Shown: positions 17,204-26,019 of the stretch, piece after piece | Numbering within the stretch: the stretch's first letter is position 1 | Layout of the letters: each line of letters begins with the position of its first letter | Origin: an uncultured Holophagales bacterium | Lineage (GTDB): Bacteria; Acidobacteriota; Thermoanaerobaculia; UBA5066 | Direction of reading: 5' to 3' | Assembly (NCBI GenBank): GCA_964561935.1 | Contig: CAZLQX010000004.1 | Coordinates: 157,414-221,413 of the forward strand | Length of the DNA stretch: 64,000 nt | Program-made: the position numbers and the translations under genes | The notes under the pieces: model-generated | The model's input: only the letters and a program-made list of their open reading frames with translations | What the model was told of the DNA's origin: nothing | The model's database searches: none

Positions 17204-18790
17204 GTGCTAACTTGCTCCTCCGCAGCCATGCCCGGAGCCGGAGCGCCCCCGCTCCTCTCGCCGGAATCGGTCCGGCTCGGCGCCGCGTTCCTCGCTGGCG
17301 CCGCGCTTCTCTTCTTCGCCGCCCGCGCGGCCCGCCGGCACGTCGCCCGGCTCGTCCTCCTCTGGGGCGTCTCCCTCCTCCTCCAGGTCGCGGCCTCGGC
17401 CGCCGGCCGCTACCTCGCGAGCGCGGAGCCGACGCTCTCCTTCCTCGCGCTCCTCCTCCGCGGGATCGCGTTCCTCGGCCTCGCCGCGGTCCTCGTCTTC
17501 GACCTCCTCCTCCCGATCGTGAGGGTCCACGTCCCGCGGATCGCGCGCGACGTCGCCGTCGGGCTCTCCTGGGTCGCCCTCCTCCTCTGGCTCTTCTCCG
17601 TCCACCACGTCGACGTCACCGGCATCGTCGCGACGTCGGCCGTCGTCACCGCCGTCATCGGCTTCTCGCTCCAGGACACGCTCGCGAACGTCATGGGGGG
17701 GATCGCCCTCCAGCTCGAGGGGAGCTTCGGGCCGGGCGACTGGGTGAAGTTCGGCGACACGTCCGGGCGCGTCACGGAGACGGGCTGGCGGCACACGTCG
17801 ATCGAGACGCGGAACGGCGACGTCCTCCTCGTCCCGAACAGCGTCCTCGTGAAGACGCCGCTCCTCCTCCTCGGGAAGGCGGGTGGGCGGAAGGTCCCTC
17901 TCGAGAGGCGCTGGGTCTACTTCGGCGTCGACCACCGGACCTCGCCCGTGACGGTCCTCGAGACCGTTCGGGAGGCCCTGACGCGCGAGGCCATCCCGAA
18001 CGTCGCCGCCGAGCCGGCGCCGAGCGTCGTCCTGATGGACTTCCGGGAGAGCTGGGCTTCCTACGCCGCGCGCTACTGGCTGACGGACCTCCTTCCCGAC
18101 GACCCGACGGACTCGGAGGTGAGGACGCGGATCGCGTTCGCCCTGCGCCGCGCGGGGATCTCCCTCGCGATGCCCGCGAGCGCGAACTTCGTCACCGTGG
18201 AGGAGGAGGGCCACCGCAAGCGCCACGAGAAGCGGGATCTCGAGGCGCGGCTCGCCGCCCTCGAAAGCGTCCCCCTCTTCGCCGCGCTCACGGCCGAGGA
18301 GCGAGAGCGCCTCGCGCCGGGCCTCGCCCGCGCGCCGTTCGCCCCGGGGGAGGCGATGGTCGTCCAGGGCCGCGAGGTCCACGACCTCTACATCATCACG
18401 AGGGGAGCGGGGGACGTGCGTGTCGCGGTGGGCGACGCCCCGGCGCGCGTCGTGAGCCGGATCTCGGCCCCCGACGTCTTCGGCGAGATGGGGATGCTCA
18501 CCGGGGAGCCGAGGAAGGCGACGGTGATCGCCGTGGGCGAGACCGAGTGCTGGCGCCTCGGGAAGGAGAGGTTCCGGGAGGTCCTCGAGGCCCGCCCGGC
18601 GCTCGCCGAGGAGCTCTCGCGCCTCCTCGCGGCGCGGCAGGTCGAGCTCGCGACCGCGACGGAGGGGATCTCGGAGGAGACGCGCCGGCACCGGATCGAG
18701 ACCGAGCGCGGGACGCTCCTGAAGCGGATCGAACGCTTCTTCGGCCTCGCCGCCGCGGGCGGGGCGGCCGGCGGGAAGGACGGGCGATGA
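17204..18790 (+). CDS. Mechanosensitive ion channel (MscS family) fused to a C-terminal cyclic-nucleotide-binding domain.
   Basis: MscS core IVATSAVVTAVIGFSLQDTLANVMGGIALQLEGSFGPGDWVKFGD. cNMP-binding domain LFAALTAEERERLA...FGEMGMLTGEPRKATVIA. GTG at 17204 or ATG at 17228 as start. Confidence 0.88.
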   Translation: MLTCSSAAMPGAGAPPLLSPESVRLGAAFLAGAALLFFAARAARRHVARLVLLWGVSLLLQVAASAAGRYLASAEPTLSFLALLLRGIAFLGLAAVLVFDLLLPIVRVHVPRIARDVAVGLSWVALLLWLFSVHHVDVTGIVATSAVVTAVIGFSLQDTLANVMGGIALQLEGSFGPGDWVKFGDTSGRVTETGWRHTSIETRNGDVLLVPNSVLVKTPLLLLGKAGGRKVPLERRWVYFGVDHRTSPVTVLETVREALTREAIPNVAAEPAPSVVLMDFRESWASYAARYWLTDLLPDDPTDSEVRTRIAFALRRAGISLAMPASANFVTVEEEGHRKRHEKRDLEARLAALESVPLFAALTAEERERLAPGLARAPFAPGEAMVVQGREVHDLYIITRGAGDVRVAVGDAPARVVSRISAPDVFGEMGMLTGEPRKATVIAVGETECWRLGKERFREVLEARPALAEELSRLLAARQVELATATEGISEETRRHRIETERGTLLKRIERFFGLAAAGGAAGGKDGR

Positions 18791-20205
18791 GGGAGTCGAA
18801 GCTCTTCCTGGCGGGGGCGTGGGAGGACGGCGAGGACTCGTTCGAGGTCCGCTCGCCCTGGAACGGGGCGGTCGTCTCGCGCGTCGCGCGGGGCGGGGCG
18901 CGGAGCCTCGAGCGGGCCGCCGAAGCGGCGGCGAAGGCCGCCCCGGCGACGGCCGCGCTCGCGCCCGAGCGCCGGGCCGCGATCCTCGAGGCGGCGCGGG
19001 CCGACCTCCTCGCCCGGAAGGAGGAGGTCGCCGCGACGATCGTCGAGGAGGCGGGCAAGCCTCTGACGCTCGCCCGCGGCGAGGTCGACCGCGCGGCCGA
19101 CACGCTCCTCGCCGCGGCGCACGTCGCCCGCTACCCGGAGCTCGTCGCGCGAGACCTGGGCGGCTTCGCGAGCGGCGCGGGCCGGATCGCGCTGACGAGG
19201 AGGGTCCCTCTCGGCCCGGTCCTCGCGATCACGCCGTTCAACTTCCCGCTCAACCTCGTGGCGCACAAGCTCGGGCCCGCCGTCGCGGCGGGCTGCCCCG
19301 TCGTCCTGAAACCGGCGAGCCAGACGCCGGGCGCCGCCCTCCACCTCGCGGCCTCGCTCCAGCGCGCGGGCCTTCCCGCAGGCGCCCTCTCCGTCGTCCC
19401 CTCCCGCGCCGCCGACGCGGAGCGGCTTGCGACCGACCCGCGCTTCGCCCTCCTCACGTTCACCGGCTCGGCCGAGGTCGGCTTCGGCCTGAGGCGGAAG
19501 GCGTGGGAGAGGCGCGTCGCGCTCGAGCTGGGCGGAAACGCGGCCGTGATCGTCGAGCCCGACTGGGACGACCTCGCCGACGCGGCGCGCCGGATCGCGG
19601 GCGGCGCGTTCGCGTGGGCCGGGCAGTCGTGCATCGGCGTCCAGCGCGTCCTCGTCCACCGGGAGGTCGCGGAGCGCTTCCGCGACCTCCTCGTCGCGGC
19701 GGCGGAGGCGTTCCCCGTCGGCGACCCGTCGCTCCCCGCGACGCTCTGCGGCCCGATGATCGACACCGCGAACCGCGACCGCGTCCTCTCCTGGTTCTCC
19801 TCGGCGCGGGCCGCCGGCGGGAAGCTCCTCGCGGGCGGGACGGCCGACGGCACCGTCGTGACGCCGACGCTCCTCGAGGCGGTCCCCGACGACGAGCCGG
19901 TCGTCTCCGGCGAGCTTTTTGGTCCCGGCGCCGTCCTCGCCACGTACGCCTCGTTCGACGAGGCGCTCGAGAAGACGAACGCGTCCCGCTATGGCCTCCA
20001 GGCGGGCGTCTTCACCCGCGACGTCGCGAAGGTCCGCCGCGCGTGGGAGACGCTCGAGGTCGGCGCGGTCATCCAGGGGGACGTCCCGACGTGGCGGAGC
20101 GACCCGATGCCGTACGGAGGCGTGAAGTCCTCCGGCGTCGGTCGCGAAGGCCCCGCCTCGGCCTTCCTCGAGATGACCGAGGAGCGGATGCTCGTCCTGC
20201 GGTGA
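18787..20205 (+). CDS. NAD(P)-dependent aldehyde dehydrogenase family protein. Possibly glutamate/succinate-semialdehyde or P5C dehydrogenase-like.
   Basis: ALDH motifs LELGGNAAVIV, Cys active site GQSCIGVQRVLV, ELFGPGAVL. ATG 18787 overlaps the MscS stop (ATGA). The long ORF 17017..20205 is N-terminally over-extended. Confidence 0.88.
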   Translation: MRESKLFLAGAWEDGEDSFEVRSPWNGAVVSRVARGGARSLERAAEAAAKAAPATAALAPERRAAILEAARADLLARKEEVAATIVEEAGKPLTLARGEVDRAADTLLAAAHVARYPELVARDLGGFASGAGRIALTRRVPLGPVLAITPFNFPLNLVAHKLGPAVAAGCPVVLKPASQTPGAALHLAASLQRAGLPAGALSVVPSRAADAERLATDPRFALLTFTGSAEVGFGLRRKAWERRVALELGGNAAVIVEPDWDDLADAARRIAGGAFAWAGQSCIGVQRVLVHREVAERFRDLLVAAAEAFPVGDPSLPATLCGPMIDTANRDRVLSWFSSARAAGGKLLAGGTADGTVVTPTLLEAVPDDEPVVSGELFGPGAVLATYASFDEALEKTNASRYGLQAGVFTRDVAKVRRAWETLEVGAVIQGDVPTWRSDPMPYGGVKSSGVGREGPASAFLEMTEERMLVLR

Positions 20206-20275
20206 GCCCTCATTTGCCCGGGATGCGCAGGCCGTCCGCGCGGGGCTCGGCCGTCTCGAGGCCGCGAGGTTGACT

Positions 20276-20497
20276 ATGATGGAAGGCGTGTCGGACGAGG
20301 TTGATCCGAATCGGAAAGACGAGGCGCCCTTCGTGGCGGACGGGCTCGCGGCGGGCGCCTACAACGAGGAGGGGGTCGACCTGACGCTCATCCGGGTGTT
20401 CCTGAGCCTGACGCCGGCCGAACGGCTCGACGAGGCGAGCGCGTCCGCGAACGGGATCGAGGAGCTTCGGGCGCTCCGGACCTCGGCGTCCCGATGA
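20276..20497 (+). CDS. Small hypothetical protein (about 73 aa). Possible antitoxin-like partner of the downstream gene.
   Basis: ORF with GAGG 6 nt upstream of ATG 20276. Its stop overlaps the next start (ATGA). Lower GC3 than neighbours, with codons gtt, gat, aat, aaa, gaa. Confidence 0.4.
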   Translation: MMEGVSDEVDPNRKDEAPFVADGLAAGAYNEEGVDLTLIRVFLSLTPAERLDEASASANGIEELRALRTSASR

Positions 20498-20985
20498 CCT
20501 TCGACTTCCGGCGGGCGCTGACCGTGCTCGCCGCGCACGAGGTGGAGTTCGTCGTCGTGGGCGGGATCTCGGCGATCCTGCGAGGGGCGCCCGTCGCGAC
20601 CCTCGAACTCGACATCGTGCACCGGCGCACCCCGGAGAACGTCCGTCGTCTGCTCGCCGCGCTCCGGTCGATCGACGCCCGCTTCCGGCACGACCCGCGG
20701 GGCCTCGTCCCCGAAGAGCGTCATCTCCTCGGCCCGGGCCACAACCTCCTTCAGACGACCTGCGGTCCCCTCGACGCGCTCGGGGCGATCGAGAATGGCC
20801 TTTCCTGGGACGACCTGCTCCCGGACAGCGAGGAGATGCGGGTCGGGCCCGACCTGTCGGCCCGGGTCCTGTCGCTGCGCCGCCTCGTCGAGCTGAAGGC
20901 GGCGGCGGGCCGGCCGAAGGACGTCGCAGTGCTCCCGACGCTTCGGGCGACGCTCGTGGAGATCGAGAAGACCCGGGACGGCTGA
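20494..20985 (+). CDS. Pol-beta-superfamily nucleotidyltransferase-fold protein (MNT/AbiEii-like). Candidate toxin or modifier.
   Basis: VVVGGISAILRGAPVATLELDIV fits the hG[GS]x9-13[DE]h[DE]h NTase signature. C-terminal KAAAGRPKDVAVLPTL resembles the GRxKD motif of TA-associated NTases. Codon usage differs from flanking genes (ctg, gtg, cga, cgt). Confidence 0.5.
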   Translation: MTFDFRRALTVLAAHEVEFVVVGGISAILRGAPVATLELDIVHRRTPENVRRLLAALRSIDARFRHDPRGLVPEERHLLGPGHNLLQTTCGPLDALGAIENGLSWDDLLPDSEEMRVGPDLSARVLSLRRLVELKAAAGRPKDVAVLPTLRATLVEIEKTRDG

Positions 20986-21138
20986 GCCACGAAGGGCGCG
21001 GGGCGCGGGCCGCGGATCGCGGAGAATGGGCGCGATGACGCTGCCCCAGGTCTTCCTCGTCGACGTGCTTCGCGGCGCTGCTCGCGGGGATGGCCCTTTT
21101 CTGGGGGCTGTAGCGGCCACCCCGGGGGCCGGCCGGGC

Positions 21139-22596
21139 TCAGAGCGTCGCGCGGCGGAGCTCGCGGGCGACGGTCGCGGCGAGGCGGGAGAAGACCCGCT
21201 CCGACTCGGCTTCCTTCTTCTCGGCCGGCAGCGTGAGCCAGTCGTCGACCTCGGCGCGGGCCATAGCGAGGGCGACGGCGTTCCCGCCGCGCGAGGCGAT
21301 CCCGTCGAGGAGCGGGACGTGGACCCGCTTCCTCTCCACGACCTCCATGCCGTCGAGGACCTGCCGGTGCGGCGTCCCCTCCCAGATGCCGAGGATGATC
21401 GCCTCGCGGAAGAGCCGCTCGACCGGGTAGTCGGAGAGGATGCCGGCGCCGCCGTGCGCCTCCATCGCCCACTTCGCCGACTGGACCGCGACCTCGGCCG
21501 TCCAGTACTTCGCGAGGTGCGCGACGAGGCGGAAGAGGTGGTAGCGGTCGGAGTAGCGCGGCGTCTCGCGCCAGACCTCCGAGAGGAGCGTCACGGCCTC
21601 CCAGGCGAGGGCGAAGGCGTCGAGGAGCGTCTCGTGCCGCTCGCGCGCCTGGCGCGCGAAGAGCGGCTGCTCGGCGACGGGCTTCCCGAATGCGACGCGC
21701 CCCTCGGCGAAGCTCCACGCCTCGTGGAGCGCCCGCTGCGTCAGCGCGACCGCGCCGACGCTGTTGCAGACGCGCGAGACGTTGAGCGCCTCGAGGACGA
21801 GGTAGACCCCCTGCCCGCGCTCTCCGAGGAGGTACGCCTCGCTCCCGTCGAGCTCGACCTCGCCGGTCGGGACGGAGCGGGTGCCGATCTTGTCCTTCAG
21901 GCGGCGGACCTTGAAGTTGAGCGCCCCGTCGTCCCGGCGCTGCGGGACGAGGAAGAGCTCGAGGCCGCGGACGCCGGCGGGCGCCCCCTCGGGGCGCGCC
22001 GCGGCGATCGCGAGCTCGGCCCCGACGTTGCTGGTGAAGAACTTCTCGCCGGTCAGAAGCCAGCGCTCGCCGTCGGGGCGGGCGACCGTCTCGACGAACG
22101 CGCCGAGGTCGGAGCCCCCCTTCGCCTCCGTCATCCAGGTCGCCCCCTGCCAGACCGTCGCGTCCCGCTTCAGGAGCTTCCCGAGGTACTTCGCCCGGAG
22201 CTCGGCCGAACCGTACTTCGCGAGAGGGATCGCCGTGGAGAGCGAGACGGTGTGCGGGCAGTAGAGCCCGGCGTCGTAGAAGGAGGTGACGTAGCCGATC
22301 TGGTAGGAGGCGGCGAGGTCCCCCTCCTCGACGGCGCGGAAGACGACGCCCGCCGCGTACGCCTTCCTCACGAGCTCGCGGTAGGCGGGAGGGAAGACGA
22401 CCTCGTCGACCCGGTTCCCGAAGCGGTCGAACATCCGGAGGAGGGGCGTCCCGGCCCGGTCGACCGCCTCGGAGACCGCCTTCCCGCGCTCCTCGAAATA
22501 CGCCTCGTACCCGGAGAGGACCTCGGGGGCGCGGAGCCGTCCGAGCCGCCCCTCGAGGAACCGGACCGGCGAGGGGAGGAGCGCGTCGAGGCTCAC
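21139..22596 (-). CDS. Acyl-CoA dehydrogenase family protein, AidB-like.
   Basis: ACAD motifs WMTEAKGGSDLG, GTRSVPTGEVELDGSEAYLLGERGQG, HGGAGILSDYPVERLFREA. AidB-like N-terminal extension. GTG start 22596. The ORF track over-extends it into Arg-rich sequence. Confidence 0.82.
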   Translation of the reverse strand: MSLDALLPSPVRFLEGRLGRLRAPEVLSGYEAYFEERGKAVSEAVDRAGTPLLRMFDRFGNRVDEVVFPPAYRELVRKAYAAGVVFRAVEEGDLAASYQIGYVTSFYDAGLYCPHTVSLSTAIPLAKYGSAELRAKYLGKLLKRDATVWQGATWMTEAKGGSDLGAFVETVARPDGERWLLTGEKFFTSNVGAELAIAAARPEGAPAGVRGLELFLVPQRRDDGALNFKVRRLKDKIGTRSVPTGEVELDGSEAYLLGERGQGVYLVLEALNVSRVCNSVGAVALTQRALHEAWSFAEGRVAFGKPVAEQPLFARQARERHETLLDAFALAWEAVTLLSEVWRETPRYSDRYHLFRLVAHLAKYWTAEVAVQSAKWAMEAHGGAGILSDYPVERLFREAIILGIWEGTPHRQVLDGMEVVERKRVHVPLLDGIASRGGNAVALAMARAEVDDWLTLPAEKKEAESERVFSRLAATVARELRRATL

Positions 22597-23078
22597 TCGA
22601 AGGCGTCCTCCACGGCGCCGGAGAGGGCGGCGAGCCCCTTTTTCGCCTTCGCCTTTCGCTGCGCCCCGGTGCCGCCGGCCCCGGTCGCGAGCTCGTCGAG
22701 GAGCTCCGCGAGCTCGCGAGCCTTCCCGGCCGCCTCGCGGAGCGCCGCGGCGTTCTTCGGCTCGGCGGACTTCGCGGCCGGCGCGGGCGCGGCCTTCGGG
22801 GCGGGGGCCGGCGTCGGAGCCGGAGCGGGTGCCGGGGCGGCCGCGGGCGCTGCCGTCCGGCGCAGCTCCTCGATGCCCCAGGTCGTCACGAAGACGTGGT
22901 CCTGCTTCGGCGCGTCGGCGATCCACCCCGCGGAGTGGAGCTGCTTGAGGATCGTCTCGATGCTCCCGAAGAGCTGCTCCTGCTTCAGGATCTCGACGAG
23001 GTTGACCGCCTGGCGGGGGTTCCCCCCCGCGGCCTCGAAGAGCCGCTCCAGGACCTGGTGGAAGACGTCGCGAGCCAT
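22593..23078 (-). CDS. Hypothetical small protein (161 aa) with a Pro/Ala-rich linker.
   Basis: MARDVFHQVLERLFEAAGGNPRQAVNLVEILKQEQLFGSIETILKQLHSAGWIA is protein-like. Directly upstream of and coupled to the ACAD gene. The remainder of the ORF-track entry 22593..24191 is spurious. Confidence 0.5.
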   Translation of the reverse strand: MARDVFHQVLERLFEAAGGNPRQAVNLVEILKQEQLFGSIETILKQLHSAGWIADAPKQDHVFVTTWGIEELRRTAAPAAAPAPAPAPTPAPAPKAAPAPAAKSAEPKNAAALREAAGKARELAELLDELATGAGGTGAQRKAKAKKGLAALSGAVEDAFE

Positions 23079-23159
23079 GTGCCCTCCGCGCGTTTTCCCC
23101 CACGGTAATCCCGGAGCGTCGCCGCGTCGAGAGGAGGTCCGAGCGTATCGTCGGGGCGC

Positions 23160-23867
23160 GTGACGAAGGACGCCCCGGCCGGCCTCCCGCGCCTCCTCCC
23201 GGCGAGCGACGCCGCTCTCCTCGTCGTCCTCGGCGAGGGACCCTCGGAGGCGGCGACGGCCGCGGTCCTCGCGCTCCGCGCGGAGCTCGCGGCGCGTCCT
23301 CCGCGCGGGCTCCTCGACCTCCGCCCCGCCTACGCCTCGCTCCTCGTCGTCTTCGACCCGCGGACGACGACGCACGCGGAGATTTCGCGCGCCGTCGAGC
23401 CGCTCCTTCCGCCGCTCGGCCTTCCGCTCGCGCCCGCCGGGCGGTGCGTCGAGGTCCCCGTCTGCTACGAGGGCGACTGCGCCCCCGACCTCGCCGACGT
23501 CGCACGCGGCGCGGGGCTCTCGCCGCAAGAGGCCGCGGAGCTCCACGCGGCGGCGTCGTACCGCGTCGCCTTCCTCGGCTTCTCCCCCGGCTTCGCCTAC
23601 CTCCTCGGCCTTCCGTCGCCCCTCGCGACGCCGCGCCTCGCGGCGCCCCGCCTCGCCGTTCCGGCCGGGAGCGTCGGCATCGCGGGGGGGCAGACGGGGC
23701 TCTACCCGTGCCCGACGCCGGGCGGCTGGCGCCTCGTCGGCCGGACGCCGCTCGCGCTCTTCACGCCTTCGCGCGAGCCGGCGGCGCTCCTCGCTCCGGG
23801 AGACGCCGTCCGCTTCGTCGCGATCTCGCGCCGGGACTTCGACCTCCTCCTCCGGGAGCGGCGGTGA
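23160..23867 (+). CDS. pxpB: 5-oxoprolinase subunit B (PxpB / KipI, allophanate hydrolase subunit 1 family).
   Basis: VEVPVCYEG...DL, YRVAFLGFSPGFAYLLGL, PRLAVPAGSVGIAGGQTGLYPCPTPGGWRLVGRTP. Confidence 0.88.
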   Translation: MTKDAPAGLPRLLPASDAALLVVLGEGPSEAATAAVLALRAELAARPPRGLLDLRPAYASLLVVFDPRTTTHAEISRAVEPLLPPLGLPLAPAGRCVEVPVCYEGDCAPDLADVARGAGLSPQEAAELHAAASYRVAFLGFSPGFAYLLGLPSPLATPRLAAPRLAVPAGSVGIAGGQTGLYPCPTPGGWRLVGRTPLALFTPSREPAALLAPGDAVRFVAISRRDFDLLLRERR

Positions 23868-24796
23868 TCCGGGTCCTCGTCCCCGGTCTGATGACGACGG
23901 TGCAGGACCTCGGACGGCCAGGGCTCGGCGATCTCGGCGTCCCGGCAGGAGGTGCGGCCGACGCGCACGCCCTCCGCCTTGGGAACCTCCTGCTCGGGAA
24001 CGACGAGGGGGCGGCCGCGCTCGAGGCGACGCTCGTCGGGCCCGACCTCCTCTTCGAGGAGGCGGCCCTCGTCGTCCTCGCGGGCGCGCCGTTCGGGGCG
24101 CGCCTCGACGACGCCCCGCTCCCGGCGTGGGAGGCGGTGAAGGTCCCGGCCGGCGAAAGGCTCGCGATGGGGCGGGCCTTCTCCGGGACACGCGCGTACG
24201 TCTGCGTGCGGGGCGGGCTCGACGTGCCGTCCGTCCTCGGGAGCCGCGCGACGGACGTGGCGACCGGCTTCGGCGGCCTCGACGGCCGGCCGCTCCGCCC
24301 GGGCGACCGTCTCGCCGTAGGCCCGGCCCGGGGAGAGCCGAGAGGGCGGCGCGTCGACGCCGCCGCGGCGCGCTGGAGCGGCCCCCGCCGCCGTCTGCGC
24401 GTGACGCCGGGGCCGCAGTGCGACTGGTTCGGGGGGGGCGTCGTCGAGGCGTTCTTCTCGAGGTCGTTCCGCGTCTCGGCCTCCTCGAGCCGGACGGGGG
24501 TCCGTCTCGAGGGAGAGGCGCTCGCGGCGCCGGCCCGCTCGCTCGTCACGGAGGGGGTCGCCGCCGGCGCGGTCCAGATCCCGCCCGCGGGCCTCCCGAT
24601 CGTCCTCCTCGTCGAGCACCCTTCGACGGGCGGATATCCGAAGATCGGCAGCGTGATCTCGGCCGACCTCTCCGCCCTCGCCCAGCTCCGCCCGGGCGAG
24701 GAGGTCCGCTTCGCGCGGGTCTCCTTCGAGGAGGCGCACCGCCTCCTCCTCGACCGCGAGGCGCGCCTCGACGCGCCGGGGGTCTTCCTCCCGTGA
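23864..24796 (+). CDS. pxpC: 5-oxoprolinase subunit C (PxpC / KipA, allophanate hydrolase subunit 2 family).
   Basis: GTG start VIRVLVPGLMTTVQDLGRPG overlapping the pxpB stop (GTGA). Cyclophilin-like C-terminal region EHPSTGGYPKIGSVISADL. Confidence 0.88.
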   Translation: MIRVLVPGLMTTVQDLGRPGLGDLGVPAGGAADAHALRLGNLLLGNDEGAAALEATLVGPDLLFEEAALVVLAGAPFGARLDDAPLPAWEAVKVPAGERLAMGRAFSGTRAYVCVRGGLDVPSVLGSRATDVATGFGGLDGRPLRPGDRLAVGPARGEPRGRRVDAAAARWSGPRRRLRVTPGPQCDWFGGGVVEAFFSRSFRVSASSSRTGVRLEGEALAAPARSLVTEGVAAGAVQIPPAGLPIVLLVEHPSTGGYPKIGSVISADLSALAQLRPGEEVRFARVSFEEAHRLLLDREARLDAPGVFLP

Positions 24797-26019
24797 GCCT
24801 CGCGTGGCTCCGCGAGGCCTCGCCGGAGGCCCGGCGCGCGCTCGTGGCCGCCGCCTCGGGCTGGATGCTCGACGCGATGGACGTGATGCTCTACGCGTTC
24901 GCCCTGACGGCGATCCGCGCGGAGTTCGGGCTCGACGGCGCGCGCGCGGGGCTCCTCGCCTCCGTGACGCTCGTCGCCTCCGCCGTCGGCGGGATCGGGG
25001 CGGGCCTCCTCGCGGACCGCTTCGGGCGGGCCCGCGTCCTCGTCCTCTCGATCCTGGCCTACTCCCTCTTCACGGGCCTCACCGCGACGTCGCGCACCGT
25101 CCTCGAGCTCGCCCTCTGGCGGACGCTCGTCGGCCTCGGCCTCGGGGCGGAGTGGTCGGCGGGCTCGGTCCTCGTCGCCGAGACGTGGCCCGCGGCCCAC
25201 CGTGGCAAGGCGATCGGCCTGATGCAGTCGGGCTGGGCCGTCGGCTACGTCCTCGCGGCCTTCCTCGCGGCGGCGGTCCTCCCGACGTGGGGCTGGAGGC
25301 CTCTGTTCGTGCTCGGCGTCCTGCCGGGCCTCCTCGCCGTCTGGGTCCGCCGGCGCGTCGAAGAGCCGGCGATCTGGCGCGAGCGCGGGGCGCCCGCCGG
25401 GAAGGGAACGGGCCTCGCGCTCCTCCTGAAGCCGCCCCTCCTCGGCCGCGCCGCCGCGGCGACGTCCCTCGCCACCGTCCTCCTCTTCGCCTACTGGGGC
25501 CTCTTCACGTGGGTCCCGACGTTCCTCGCCGCTCCCGCGGCGCAGGGGGGCGCAGGCCTCGGCCTCGTCCGGTCGACCGGCTTCGTCGTCGCGATGCAGG
25601 CGGGGGCGTTCCTCGGCTACACGACGTTCGGCTTCCTCTCCGATCGCTTCGGCCGGCGCCCTGTCTTCCTCGCGTTCGTCCTCGGCGCGGCCGTCGCGGT
25701 CCCCGCGTTCGGGCTCCTCGCCCGCTCGGAGACGGCGCTCCTCCTCCTCGCGCCCGCCGTCGGCTACCTCGGGCACGGCTACTTCTCCGTCTTCGGCGTC
25801 CTCCTCGCCGAGCTCTTCCCGTCGTCCGTCCGCGGCGCCGCGCAGGGCTTCTGCTACAACGCGGGCCGGGCGGTGAGCGCGCTCGCCCCCTTCACGATCG
25901 GCGCGCTCGCGGACCGCCACGGCCTCGGGAGCGCCCTCGCCCTCACCTCGGCGCTCTACCTCGCCGGGGCGCTCCTGATGAGGCTTCTCCCGGAGACGAA
26001 GGGGCAGGAGCTCGAGTGA
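24793..26019 (+). CDS. MFS transporter embedded in the pxp operon.
   Basis: 12 predicted TM helices. MFS motifs GLLADRFGRARVL and LSDRFGRRPVFL. GTG start overlaps the pxpC stop. Confidence 0.82.
   Translation: MSLAWLREASPEARRALVAAASGWMLDAMDVMLYAFALTAIRAEFGLDGARAGLLASVTLVASAVGGIGAGLLADRFGRARVLVLSILAYSLFTGLTATSRTVLELALWRTLVGLGLGAEWSAGSVLVAETWPAAHRGKAIGLMQSGWAVGYVLAAFLAAAVLPTWGWRPLFVLGVLPGLLAVWVRRRVEEPAIWRERGAPAGKGTGLALLLKPPLLGRAAAATSLATVLLFAYWGLFTWVPTFLAAPAAQGGAGLGLVRSTGFVVAMQAGAFLGYTTFGFLSDRFGRRPVFLAFVLGAAVAVPAFGLLARSETALLLLAPAVGYLGHGYFSVFGVLLAELFPSSVRGAAQGFCYNAGRAVSALAPFTIGALADRHGLGSALALTSALYLAGALLMRLLPETKGQELE

Noticed and set aside
13684-17229. Single 1181-aa ORF spanning the DUF5916 and rocD regions.
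   Set aside because: rocD is unambiguously encoded in a different frame at 15870..17081. The N-terminal 460 aa of the long ORF are Arg/Pro-rich junk. The real DUF5916 gene starts near 15828 with a signal peptide.
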